A DNA stretch of 63,359 nt, the filler included, from Licmophora abbreviata (taxonomy: Eukaryota), in NCBI GenBank assembly GCA_900291995.1. It is 23 parts of 23 records of this genome, joined end to end, with 100 filler letters (N's around TTAATTAATTAA, not from the genome) between each part and the next. Parts side by side here need not be neighbours in the genome. Positions count along the whole stretch, not along the records: positions 20,693 to 23,304 come from OLMU01004972.1; positions 23,405 to 25,007 come from OLMU01004973.1; positions 25,108 to 27,086 come from OLMU01004975.1; positions 27,187 to 28,749 come from OLMU01004976.1; positions 28,850 to 30,090 come from OLMU01004978.1; positions 30,191 to 35,035 come from OLMU01004979.1; 17 more parts are not named here. One strand, 5' to 3'. The number at the start of each line of letters is the position of its first letter. Position 1 is the stretch's first letter. The position numbers and the translations under genes were made by a program. A model generated the notes under the pieces. It saw only the letters and a program-made list of their open reading frames with translations, was not told the DNA's origin and ran no database searches. Positions 21,783-33,193 of this stretch are shown here, in pieces.

Positions 21783-24318
21783 ATGGCCATCAAAAAAAGC
21801 GATATCTACCGGTCCCTCTGGGAAAGCTGCGACCAGCTCCGGGGCGGCATGGATGCCTCGCTTTATAAAGATTACATCCTCACTCTCTTGTTCGTGAAAT
21901 ACGTGTCCGACCGAGCCGGTCAGCCTGATGCGCTGATCGAGGTGCCGCGCGGGGCGTCGTTCGATGACATGAAGGCCCTGCGTGGGTCCAAGGATATCGG
22001 CGAGGGGATAGATACGATCATCGCCCGCATCGCAGAGGAAAATGACCTCAGCGGCGTGATCGACCGGGCATTCTTCAACGACGCCGAGAAATTCGGGCGC
22101 GGCACCAAAATGATCAACACCCTCACAGCGTTGATCAACATCTTCAGCCGGGAAGAGCTGAACTTTTCCAAGAACCGGGCCGATGGCGACGATATTCTGG
22201 GCGATGCTTATGAATACCTGATGCGGAACTTCGCGACAGAGTCGGGCAAGTCCAAGGGCCAGTTCTACACGCCTGCCGAGGTCTCCCGGATCGTGGCAAC
22301 CGTGGCGGGGGTCAGCCGGGCCACCAGCCCCCAGCAATCCGTCTATGACCCGACATGCGGCTCGGGTTCGCTTCTTCTAAAAGCCGCCGAAACCGCCCAT
22401 GTACCGATCACCATCTTCGGGCAGGAGATGGACATTGCCACCCGTGGCCTCGCCCGCATGAACATGATCATGCACAACCGGGCCACCGCCGAAATCGCCC
22501 AGGGCGACGTGATCGCAGAGCCGCATTTTCTGGCCAATGCCACCACGCTTCAGACCTTCGATTTCGTCGTCGCAAACCCGCCTTTCTCGGCCAAGGCCTG
22601 GGCCTCGGGTCTGACCGAAGACACCAAGTTCGACCGCTTCACAGATGGCGAACCCCCGGCCAAAAACGGGGATTTCGCTTTTTTGCTGCATATCCTTGCC
22701 TCGATGAAGGCCACCGGATCCGGTGCGGTCATCCTGCCCCATGGCGTGTTGTTTCGGGGCAATGCCGAGGCCCGCTTGCGTGAGAAGATCCTGAAACGGG
22801 GCTACATCAAGGGCATCATCGGCCTGCCTGCCAACCTGTTCTATGGCACGGGCATCCCGGCCTCCATCATCGTGCTGGATAAATCGCAGGCGCAGGAAAA
22901 CCGCCCTGTGTTCATGATCGACGCCTCCAAGGGCTTCATCAAGGACGGCAACAAGAACCGCCTGCGGGAACGCGATATTCACAAGATCACCGATGCCTTC
23001 ACCAAGGCGCAGGAAATCCCCGGCTATTCCCGCCTTGTCCCCTTTGCCGAAATCACCCGCAACGACTTCAACCTGAATATCCCCCGTTACATCGACGGGT
23101 CCGCCCCCGAAGACCTGCAAGACATTACCGCCCATCTGCATGGCGGCGTGCCAGAGCGTGACATCGATGCCTTGGCCGAATTCTGGGATGTCATGCCCAC
23201 CCTGCGGGCCACGCTATTCGGCCCCAATCCCCGTTCGGGCTATGCCGATCCGCTGGTTGCCCCCGATCAGGTGCGCAGCACCATCCGAAACCATCCCGAT
23301 TTCGNNNNNNNNNNNNNNNNNNNNNNNNNNNNNNNNNNNNNNNNNNNNTTAATTAATTAANNNNNNNNNNNNNNNNNNNNNNNNNNNNNNNNNNNNNNNN
23401 NNNNCGGCCTACCGCAGCCAGATCACCGATATCCTGAACGGCTGGATTGCCCAGAACACGCCCCATCTGACCGGCATCACCCAAGGCGATCATCCCAAGG
23501 CCCTGATCGACACCATTGCCGAGGATATGCTGACCCGCTTCGCCACCGCCCCCTTGGTCGATAAATACGAGGCCTATCAGCGCCTGATGTCCTATTGGTC
23601 AACCACCATGCAGGATGATGTCTTCATCATCGCGGGCGGGGGCTGGTTGGCTGCCCGTGATCTGCGAGAGGCCCGCAAGGAAGTGGCGGACGGCAAAACC
23701 AAATGGTTGGAAGAGGGCGATCTGACGGTTGGCAAAACCCGCCTTGTCGCCGATGTCATCCCGCCCGCCCTGATCACGGCGCGGTTCTTCCCGGAATTGA
23801 AGGATGCCCTGGAGACCGCCACCGCACGGGCCGAAGAACTGGGCCGCGAGATCGAGGAACTGGCTGAGGAACACGGGGCCGAGGGCGGGCTGTTGGCCGA
23901 TGCCCTGACCGATACCGGCAAACTGACCGCCGCATCGGTGAAAACCCGCGAGAAATCGGGCGAGGCGGATGCCGAGGAATACCCCCTGCTGAAACAGGCC
24001 GCGAAACTGATCGCGGCAGAGGCGGCGGCGAAAAAGGCGGCGAAAGAGGCCGAGGCAGAACTGACCGCCGCCGTGTTCAAGGCATACCCGGAACTGACCG
24101 AGGGCGACATCCGCACCCTTGTGGTGCAGGATAAATGGATCACCGACATCACAGCGGCGATCGGGGCCGAGGTAGAGGCGCGCACCGAAAGCCTGACCGC
24201 CCGCGTGCGGGTGCTGACTGAACGCTATGGCCAGACCCTGCCGCAGATCATGGACGATCTGGCGGGGCTAGAGGCGCGGGTGGCCACGCATCTGGCGGCG
24301 ATGGGGGTGGCGGGATGA
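21783..24318 (+). CDS. hsdM: Type I restriction-modification methyltransferase subunit (gap inside)
   Basis: GQFYTP, YDPTCGSGSLL, NPPF, LPHGVLFRG motifs. Confidence 0.93.
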
Positions 24319-25007
24319 ATCTGCCTTCAAGCTGGTCACACCAGCGATTGGATAGCATTGCGAGTCTTTCGCGTGGAAAATTCAGCGCAAGGCCAAGAAA
24401 TGATCCACGTTTTTTCGGTGGCGATATTCCCTTTGTTCAGACGGGAGATGTTCGCAACGCTCATGTTTATTTGCGAGATTTTACGCAGACCCTGAACTGG
24501 GAAGGCCTCAAGGTTAGCCGAGTCTTTCCAAAAGGAACGATGTTATTCACCATTGCGGCGAATATTGGCGATCTAGCTTTTCTCTCATTTGACGCGGCTT
24601 GTCCTGATAGTTTGGTGGCAATCGAACCAAAACAAGGCACCGACGCAGTTTGGTTGTTCTATCAGCTTGGGGCATTCAAGGCTGACTTTGAGGCCGCGGC
24701 AACGCAGAACGCACAACTGAATATCAATCTTGAGAAACTCAACCCCTTCAAAATCCCTGCCCCCCCCCTCCATGAACAACATGCCATTGCCTCCGCTTTA
24801 TCGGATGCGGATGGGGTGGTGGCGGGGTTGGAGCGGGTGATCGCGAAGAAGCGCCTGATCAAACAGGGGGCGATGCAAGACCTCCTCACCGCCCGCCGCC
24901 GCCTCCCGGGCTTCTCGGGGGAGTGGGAAGACATTCCCCTTGGTATAATTGGCCCATTCGTCGGGGGCGGAACCCCTAGCATGGCGCGGCCAGATTATTG
25001 GAAAGAT
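24315..25007 (+). CDS. hsdS: Type I RM specificity subunit, partial
   Basis: GDIPFVQTGD TRD, PPLHEQHAIASALSD..KQGAMQDLLT conserved helix, start of second TRD GGGTPS. Confidence 0.9.
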
Positions 25008-25087
25008 NNNNNNNNNNNNNNNNNNNNNNNNNNNNNNNNNNNNNNNNNNNNTTAATTAATTAANNNNNNNNNNNNNNNNNNNNNNNN

Positions 25088-27086
25088 NNNNNNNNNNNNN
25101 NNNNNNNGTCGTCCCTGGTGCATAAAATTCGGCCGCCGCGAAGAGGATGAGATGGGCGCCATGATCGCCGAGATCCAACGCGGCCAGATCGGTGCGCCGG
25201 TGGGCGAGTTTTTCGTGTTCATCGACGAGGCGCATAGGACGCAATCAGGCAAGCTCGCCCGTGCGATGCGGATGATTCTGCCGAATGCGGTGTTCTTCGG
25301 GTTTACAGGAACGCCCTTGTTGAAAACGGATAAACAAACCTCGCTTGAGACGTTCGGGCCATATATCGGCAAGCCCTACCGTTTCAACGAGGCGGTCGAG
25401 GATGAGGTGGTGCTGGATTTGCGCTATGAGGCACGGGATATCGACCAGCGCATCAGCTCACCCACCAAGATTGACGAATGGTTCGAGGCCAAGACCAAAG
25501 GGCTGACCCCTGTGGCCAAGGCAACCCTGAAACAACGCTGGGGCACCTTGCAGCGGGTGTTGTCGTCCAAGGATCGGCTGGAGCAGATCGCCAATGACAT
25601 CATCATGGACATGGCGACAAAGCCGCGTCTGGCGTCCGGTCGCGGCAACGCGATGCTGGTGGCGGGGTCTATCCCCGAGGCCTGCCGGTTTTTCGAGATC
25701 TTCCGCAATTCCGGGTCTGAGCTGTCTGGCAAGTGCGCCATCGTCACGTCCTACCAGCGCAATGCGTCCGAGTTGACTGGCGAAGAGGCCGGGATGGGCG
25801 AGACGGAAAAACAATATGTCTACCGCGTTTATGACCGGTTGATGACTGATCTGGGCACGGATGAAGAGGCTTACGAGGCCGAGGCCCTGCGCAAATTCCG
25901 CAAGGAACCGGCGCAGATGAAACTGCTGATCGTGGTCAGCCGCTTGCTGACCGGCTTTGATGCCCCCACGGCCACATACATCTACATCGACAAACAGATG
26001 CGGGATCACGGGCTGTTCCAGGCGATCTGTAGGGTCAACCGTTTGGACGGGGAGGACAAGGATTACGGCTATGTCGTGGATTACAAGGACCTCTTCAAGA
26101 ATATCGAGGCGGCAGTGGATGATTACACCTCCGAAGCGTTCGATGCCTTTGACGCCGAGGATGTCGAGGGGCTGATCTCGAACCGTGCCGAAAAGGCCGG
26201 GGTTGACCTATTCACCGCACGAGATGCCTGGTTCGGTCTGCTGGATCCTGTGGAGCAGCCCAAAGGGGACGACCAGATCTTCGCCTATTTCTCCAGCCCC
26301 CATGGTTGGGAGAAAGATCCGGAGGCCGAGGAAAAAGCCCGGCGGCGTCAGGCGCTTTATAAATTGGCGGGCGCCTATGCCCGAGCCTTTGCGTCGGTGG
26401 CCGAAGACCCTGCGGCCAGTGGCGTGAATGACCTGCAGCTTGCCCAATACCGCGGTGAGGTCGAGAGGGCCCTTTCCATCAGGGATGCCGTGCGGTTGCA
26501 CAGTGGTGACGCCGTGGACATGAAACAGTTCGAACCTGCCATGCGCCATCTGATCGACAGCTATATCAAGGCGGACGGGTCCGAGGTGATTTCGCATCTC
26601 GACGACATCAGCCTGATTGACCTTGTGGCCAGCAAGGGGGCCTCAGTCGAGGATGGGCTACCCAATGGTTTGAAGGGCAATCGGGAGAATGTAGCCGAGG
26701 CAATCGAGAACAATGTCCGCAGGTTGATCATTGATGAAACTCCGGTGAACCCGAAATTTTATGAGCGGATATCCGAGTTGTTGACGGACCTCGTCAAAAA
26801 ACGGAAAGAGGACGCGCTCGCCTATGCCGAGTATCTCGAAAAGATCGCGGAGTTGGTCAGGGCTGCAAAGGCAGGCCACGGAGGTGACTATCCGGCAACC
26901 ATGACCACACCTGGACGGAAGGCATTGTACGATAACCTCGGTCAGAATGAAGCGCGGGCACAGTCAGTGGACCAGGCGATCCGTGAAACCGCCCAGACGG
27001 GCTGGCGTGGAAACAAGATGAAGGAGCGGATGATCCGGCGAAAGCTGTCGGACCTGTTTGAAGACGAGGACGCCGTCGATCAGATC
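25088..27086 (+). CDS. hsdR: Type I RM restriction subunit, partial
   Basis: DEAHR, GFTGTP, LLTGFDAP, QAICRVNR helicase motifs. Confidence 0.92.
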
Positions 27087-27186
27087 NNNNNNNNNNNNNN
27101 NNNNNNNNNNNNNNNNNNNNNNNNNNNNNNTTAATTAATTAANNNNNNNNNNNNNNNNNNNNNNNNNNNNNNNNNNNNNNNNNNNN

Positions 27187-27661
27187 CCAACAAGCCCAGG
27201 TCCGAGCAGGAAAGATAAGTCTTGAAGGCACAGACCGGATCACCATGACCGTCCCGCGCGACGCCACCCGATCCGAAAAAGCGCGTTGGATGTCCGCGTG
27301 GTATAGAGCAGAACTCCGAGACAGAGCGGCGCCCAGGGTGTCGAAATGGGCCGATCGGTTAAAAGTCGAAGAACCCAGATGGGGCATTCGTGCGATGAAC
27401 ACGAAATGGGGATCCTGTAACCCGGACACCGGGCGGCTCTGGGTTAACCTTGATCTGGTCAAGAAACCCTTGGTCTGCCTTGATTACGTGATCCTTCACG
27501 AGATGAGCCATTTCGTGTCACGTCGGCATGACGACGTTTTCTTGGCAGTGCTTGATCGACACATGCCGGGCTGGCGGCAAGTGCGCGCGGATTTGAACAA
27601 GCTCCCCCTTACTGCGCCAGTTGGTTCGAAACTGACCCGTGACAAAAATTCGGATATCTAG
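27187..27661 (+). CDS. M48/YgjP (DUF45) family metallopeptidase, partial
   Basis: MNTKWGSC and DYVILHEMSH (HExxH); position directly after hsdR. Confidence 0.85.
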
Positions 27662-27993
27662 GACTTACTCAATAGGACCGGGTGATCTTTTCAGTCGGAG
27701 GTGCTGGTCCTGATGGAAATATCCATCGCGAGCTGCGCGCAGCGAGTAAAACCTATCCTGTATATCCTTATCCTTCCTTGGGTCAGTCATAGTTAACGCC
27801 AAAATCGTGTCAGGTATCAATCGAGGGTCATCTTTTGGCAATGGTCGTTTTTTTTGCGCGGTGAGTAGCTTACTCGCTCGCCGGTGACCGGATCAGCCCT
27901 CGAGACGTGATCCCCTATCTCGCGGTCTTATACTGATGGGGACGTGTCTTGGGCGAGTGAACTAAGCGCTTCGCGGCGAAGCGGATATTTTCT

Positions 27994-28749
27994 TCACCAT
28001 GACGGCACCCTCCTCGGCGCGTGGTCGTAATTGTCAGACGTGTCATGGTACGGATCAAACGCTTGGTACCTTATGTCGTGGGCGTCAAACTCCTCTGGCT
28101 GGGTATCGCCACGGGCGATGCCGGTACGGCGGCTGGAGGTGTATGTGCTGCCGTCAGCGGCGCGCTGGATGCGGGCGTCCTCGTCGGCCCGGCTCTGCTC
28201 GGCCTTGTTGCGCAGGGCGCCGTCGTGCAGGCCCGGTGTGGCGACACTTGCGGCGAATGTCAGCGCGAGCGCGTCGAGGCTGTCGGTGCTGTGGCCCAGG
28301 CGTTTCTTGATGTCGGCCTTGGCCTCAATCTGGAGCTTGTTGGACGCGTTGAGCTTGAACGTCGGCGCGGTCAGCTCCTTCTGCAACTTGGTGTCGCCCT
28401 TCTGATCGGGCAAGCTGGCGTTGGGTTTCTCGCTCCAGCTTCTAACCGCGTCGAACATCTCAGCCCGGCGGTTGCTGAACCGCTCCGCGTCGATGGCCGC
28501 GCCGCCAAAATTGACACCGATCGGGTTGAGGCCGAGCTGGACCATCACGTCGATGACGCTGATGCCCATGCTACCGGCGTCCACAAACACCGCGTCGACC
28601 TGCCTCTCTCTGGCGATGTTCAGGGCGGTGATGGCGATCTGCTGGGTCGTGGCCTCGCGCAGCTCCACGAAATCGAGGACGATCGGACCTTGGCGGAGGC
28701 ACATGACCGTGGCGTCGTTGAGGCGCCCGATGTCGATACCCATGACGAG
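27994..28749 (-). CDS. Phage terminase large subunit, C-terminal nuclease domain (5' part in gap)
   Basis: GIDIG..D, VFVDAGSMG, VNFGG, NRRAEMF, IEAKADIKKRLGHSTDSLDALALTFA resemble the RNase H-fold TerL C-terminus. Confidence 0.75.
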   Translation of the reverse strand, partial: LVMGIDIGRLNDATVMCLRQGPIVLDFVELREATTQQIAITALNIARERQVDAVFVDAGSMGISVIDVMVQLGLNPIGVNFGGAAIDAERFSNRRAEMFDAVRSWSEKPNASLPDQKGDTKLQKELTAPTFKLNASNKLQIEAKADIKKRLGHSTDSLDALALTFAASVATPGLHDGALRNKAEQSRADEDARIQRAADGSTYTSSRRTGIARGDTQPEEFDAHDIRYQAFDPYHDTSDNYDHAPRRVPSW

Positions 28750-28849
28750 NNNNNNNNNNNNNNNNNNNNNNNNNNNNNNNNNNNNNNNNNNNNTTAATTA
28801 ATTAANNNNNNNNNNNNNNNNNNNNNNNNNNNNNNNNNNNNNNNNNNNN

Positions 28850-28957
28850 GGCGTCCTCCATACTGTGGCGCCACATGATCGTCTTGCGCTCGTGGTCGAG
28901 GGCGAAGGTCCAGCGGATCAGCTCGGGGTCGATGAGGGTGTTGGCGTGCGTAATCAT
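28850..28957 (-). CDS. Start of an ORF running into a gap, possibly a phage HNH endonuclease N-terminus
   Basis: ATG overlaps the upstream TGA; MITHANTLIDPELIRWTFALDHERKTIMWRHSMED. Confidence 0.35.
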
Positions 28958-29190
28958 GCTGACGTCTTCCCTTCGATGATATTGGTCCAGCGCGTTTTTG
29001 AACGGAGATGCATAACCGCTCGAACGGACAGTCCAGTCTCCTCTGCGATCTGCCGCATCACCCCGGGTGCCAGGCGCTCGACGACCTTTTGGGGGGCTTC
29101 GTCGATGAGTTGGAGCGCGTGCCGCACCTGCGCTTCGCTGTACTTGGCGTTGTGGTGGTCTTCCCCGCGTGCATAGGCATGGTCGGGCAT
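28954..29190 (-). CDS. Small HTH protein resembling the DNA-binding tail of phage HNH endonucleases
   Basis: AGGAG RBS; RGEDHHNAKYSEAQVR...RQIAEETGLSVRAV...RW. Confidence 0.6.
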   Translation of the reverse strand: MPDHAYARGEDHHNAKYSEAQVRHALQLIDEAPQKVVERLAPGVMRQIAEETGLSVRAVMHLRSKTRWTNIIEGKTSA

Positions 29191-29446
29191 GGTCGTCTCC
29201 TTTGTCTTATGCCAGCGATATTACCCGTTATGTGGGGTGCAAAACAGGACAAGCATCATCCAAAGCGACGATAGAGGTCTTAATTCATATAATGATTACA
29301 AATGATTACTAATCACAACTCCAATATGGCAACGATCTCGCATCACGGCGCGGGATTTTGCCCCTTTCTGGCCCTTGCTGCAATCTCGAGGGGCGCTTTA
29401 CTCGTCGTCGCCTGATCGGCGTGGTAGGCCGGCAGCGAGAATGGCC

Positions 29447-29728
29447 TCACTCATCGCTGCTGGCGAGGATCGCGGCGGCGATCTCGCGGTCGGCCTCGTC
29501 GTGGACGTAGTCGGCGGCGGTGGCGGCGTCGGGGAAGAGATCGGGCAGGCGCTCGAGCACTATCGCGACCTTGGCCTCGAGGCCGGTGCCAGAGACCGGC
29601 AGAGGACCGCCAGCGTGGGCGAGGGCGAGCATCCATCCGAGGCGGCGGTTGTGGATCACATCTGTGCAGCGGCGCTCAGCGCGGCTGGGCGCAACATAGC
29701 CGGTGGGGGCTCGCATGACGCCGCTCAT
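29447..29728 (-). CDS. Hypothetical protein
   Basis: Co-oriented with neighbouring element genes; no recognisable motif. Confidence 0.35.
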   Translation of the reverse strand: MSGVMRAPTGYVAPSRAERRCTDVIHNRRLGWMLALAHAGGPLPVSGTGLEAKVAIVLERLPDLFPDAATAADYVHDEADREIAAAILASSDE

Positions 29729-29755
29729 GGCCGCGGACGGGGCCGTGGGACGGGG

Positions 29756-30082
29756 CGTAGCCGGGGGTAGACGTAGCCGACCCTCCTCAACCTTTTTATG
29801 TACACCCCCTTAAAACGTATAATAGATAAGCATTCCTTACCTATTATTATTACTAATAACTCTCTTTTATACTCTTGGAAAAGGTAGGCTACCCGGCTTC
29901 CAGCCACGCCCCTGCCTGTAACCCACTGAAAAGAAGGCCACCGTGACCCAGCCCGGGGCGGCCGGCGTAGCCGCCCCCACCGCCCCTTGCCTCGGTACCT
30001 TCCGAGAGCTTCACGTTTGATACCCTTCCCGACACCCGTCAGCCCTCCTCTCCATCGGCGTTTTCACCCCCGGGCGTAGCCG
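29756..30082. other. Candidate replication origin: AT-rich core flanked by CGTAGCCG iterons
   Basis: CGTAGCCG at 29756, 29772, 29966, 30075; inverted partial copy GGCTACC at 29887; strongly AT-rich 29790-29885; immediately downstream of the primase-helicase. Confidence 0.65.
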
Positions 30083-30190
30083 CACCTCTGNNNNNNNNNN
30101 NNNNNNNNNNNNNNNNNNNNNNNNNNNNNNNNNNTTAATTAATTAANNNNNNNNNNNNNNNNNNNNNNNNNNNNNNNNNNNNNNNNNNNN

Positions 30191-33089
30191 CTACCTTGTG
30201 GATCGCCGACACATTGCTGCCTTCAGGGGCATAGGTCATCGCCTCGGCCCGCTCGTCCTGCGACATCTCGAGGAACCGTTCTGCAGCTTCTTGGCTGCGC
30301 GCCAGCACCCTCATCGGGATGCGCCCCACCTTGAGCTTGTCGCCGCCATCGCGGCCATAGACCCTCACCCAGCCGTTGAACCCGCCACCGCCGCTCGTCT
30401 GTGCCTTCAGCTCGCCACGGATCGCCGACAGCACGTCACGTCCGGCCTCGTCGACCTTCGCCAGCCTCTTCGCCTCGCGCTCCACGTCGCCCGGTTTCAC
30501 GAACTCGCAGCCGCGCTCCTGGTACATCGCGAAGGCGTCCTCGAGATATTCATCCGAGGGCTTCATCGAGGCAGAGGCCATCTTGCGCTTGGTCAACGTC
30601 TTGGGCGCGTTCATGAACAGCTCCCAGCGCGGCGCATGCCCCAGCCTCTGCGGCACCACCTCCTTGAAGTAGTGGACTACGCTGGCGGCCGCGTCAGGTG
30701 TCACCCCGCCATCCCCAGTCCTCACCGCGAGGATGCGGTCGCGCAGCTCCCTGTTGGCCTCGTCATTCAGAGACCCCTTGCGGCCCTGCGCGTAGATCGC
30801 GAAACGCCGGTTCGCTGTTCTCATATCCAGCGGCAGCGCCCCGAGATGGTTCGTCGCGATGATCGTCGAGGCGTAGACGAAATCTGTCCTCGGCGTGCCG
30901 TATTTCACGTTGACCGTGACAAGGGCCTTCTGGACCTCGAACCGAGCCTTCATGTCTTCCCACGCGGCGCGGGGCATCCCTTTGATCTCTGGGACGAACA
31001 GCATCAGCTTGTCGAGCAGCCAGTCGTCATACTGAGCCTGACCCCCGGTGCCGAGCTTGTTCTCCTTGACCGTCGACATGTTCCCCCGGCCCATCGCCGA
31101 GCCGAGGAACGCCTCGACCCATGTGTTCCTGCCGACGCCTTCGATCCCATCCGCGACGAAGACCTGAACGGCGCCCCGCGCGTCGGGGTGCAGGAATTTA
31201 TAGGCCTGCCATTCGAGGTAGAGATCGCGCTCTTTGGGATCGTCGAACATGAAGGTCAGGAAGTCATCGATCAGGTCGACGTGCTCCTGCCGCCACTGCC
31301 CCAGCTTCGGCGCGGTGTAGGTGTTCTCGACGAGGTGGCCGTCCTCATTGCGGGCGATCCGGAAGGACGACCACGGCACGTACCGCATTCCCTCGATCTG
31401 GACCCTGAGCGGGCTGTCCGCGAAAATCAGCGACACGGGCTTCCACTCGGTCCCTCTGGCGGGATCGTCCGGTCTGACCCAGCACTCTGCCAGCTCTTCG
31501 CTGACCGTGCCGAACACGCCGTGCGCCAGCTGCTTGGACTTGCCCGGTATCAAGCACTGCCACCGCTCCGACGACTTGCCGCCGGGATAGAAGGCGTACA
31601 TGTACCGCAGCGCGAGCAGCCTTGCCCGGGCCTCGACCTGATAGCCTTCCTCGCCCTCATTGTCTGCGAAGGCGCGCGTCGCGCGGCGATAGTCATGCAT
31701 CACTTGCGCCATGTCTTCGTCCTCGATCGCGCCTCGCACCTTCAGCTCGTGCAGCATCTCCGCGGCGCGCTCGATGACGGCATCCTCGTTATGCATGGGC
31801 AGCTTCTCGTTCGGCGACGGCTCGATGCCGGCAGACAGCTGCGATAGGCGCTCCGCAAGCCGCTTGGCCCTGACCTCGATCATCTTGGGGTTGGCCTCGG
31901 GCGGATAGTGGATCACGCCCGTGCCGCTGTCGCAGATGCCCAGCACGCCGTCGTGGCGCTCTGTCACGAAGCCGCGTGGAGGGTTCGATCCGTCGACCGA
32001 GGGGTCAATCCCGAGCACCTCAGCCATGCGGATCGGCATGCCCTTCTCGAGCTGGTCGTAGGTCACCTCCCAGATGTTGTCCCTGCTGGTGCCGGTGAAG
32101 AAGGTCACGCCGGTGTCGAGGGTGTATTCCCTCACCCCGCCACCGCCGCTGCCGTCCTCTGCGAAGACCGCCCTCACCCAGCCGTTGTTCTCGAGCAGGT
32201 CGCCATGCGCCAGCACAAACTCGCGGAACGCCTTGTAGCTGACCTTGGGCACCTCTTCCCGGGTGACCGCCACCGGCGAATGGTCGTCCAGCCACTCGTA
32301 CTCGATCCCGTTGGGGTGTGCGTCGTTCTCACCAGGCAGCGTGTGCCAGCCGAGCACGCCGATCTGGCAGCCGCGACCACCGCCCCCGGCCCTGAAGAAC
32401 TCCACGCGGTGCCCCTTCTTGAAGGCCTTGATCCAGCCGTCGGGCATCTTGATGCCGTTCTTGGTGAGACCCTCCGGCAGCTGCGTGCCCGGCTCATAGA
32501 ACAGCGGCCCCGCGAACTTGCCTGGCGCGTCAAGCAGAACGTCACCGCGGGTCGGCTCGTCGACGCGGAACAGCCACGTCTCCTTGAAGCTGCCCTCGCG
32601 CTGCCGGATCAGGACGTTGTCCTCCCACTCTTGGCCAAACAGCCGGCAGGCCAGATCGAACAGGCGCTTGACCGCATCCTTGTTGTCGACGTCCACATCG
32701 ATTGCGATCAGGTCGCCCTCGATCAGCAGGCCGGTACTGGGGTTATCTCGGCTCACCCACTCCCCCGTCTGTTCGTCCTGAAACTTTGGAGGGTTGTCCC
32801 AGTAAGCCGCATCGGCAGGGCTGTGTAGGTCACGCTTCAGCGCGCGTTCCTGCCAGCTGCGGCCGAGGGGTCGCTTGCCCCTGTTCGGGGTCCAGCGAAA
32901 GCCGTTGACCTGCATCCTCAGGCGCAGCGGCGTCTGTGGATTACTCGACGCGGCCCCCGCCTCTGCCAGCTGCTTCTCGGTGGTCTTGCTCATGCCCTTC
33001 GGGGCTTTGTTCTGCTCGGTTTTCATGGCAATGTTCATCCTATGCTTGGTGTTTGTCGCTCTCGGCGACATCGGATCGGGGCGCCTCAC
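30191..33089 (-). CDS. Bifunctional primase-polymerase fused to a C-terminal helicase-like (DUF5906/NrS-1-type) domain
   Basis: GLLIEGDLIAIDVDVD Prim-Pol motif; C-terminal GIEGVGRN, QYDDWL, VNVKYG, IATNH..ALPL..RRF; 3' end in gap, start uncertain. Confidence 0.75.
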
Positions 33090-33193
33090 AGGGGGCGCCC
33101 TTTTCTTTCAGCCGCGGCCGCCTCGTTGTGTGCGTTCTGGTCAAAGGCCGCGAAGCCTGCGCCAATGGCCTTCAGGTCGTCATCGAAACGCAT
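33086..33193 (-). CDS. 35-aa peptide coupled between the AlpA-like gene and the primase
   Basis: TGATG overlap upstream and GTGA overlap downstream; MRFDDDLKAIGAGFAAFDQNAHNEAAAAERKGRPL. Confidence 0.4.
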   Translation of the reverse strand: MRFDDDLKAIGAGFAAFDQNAHNEAAAAERKGRPL

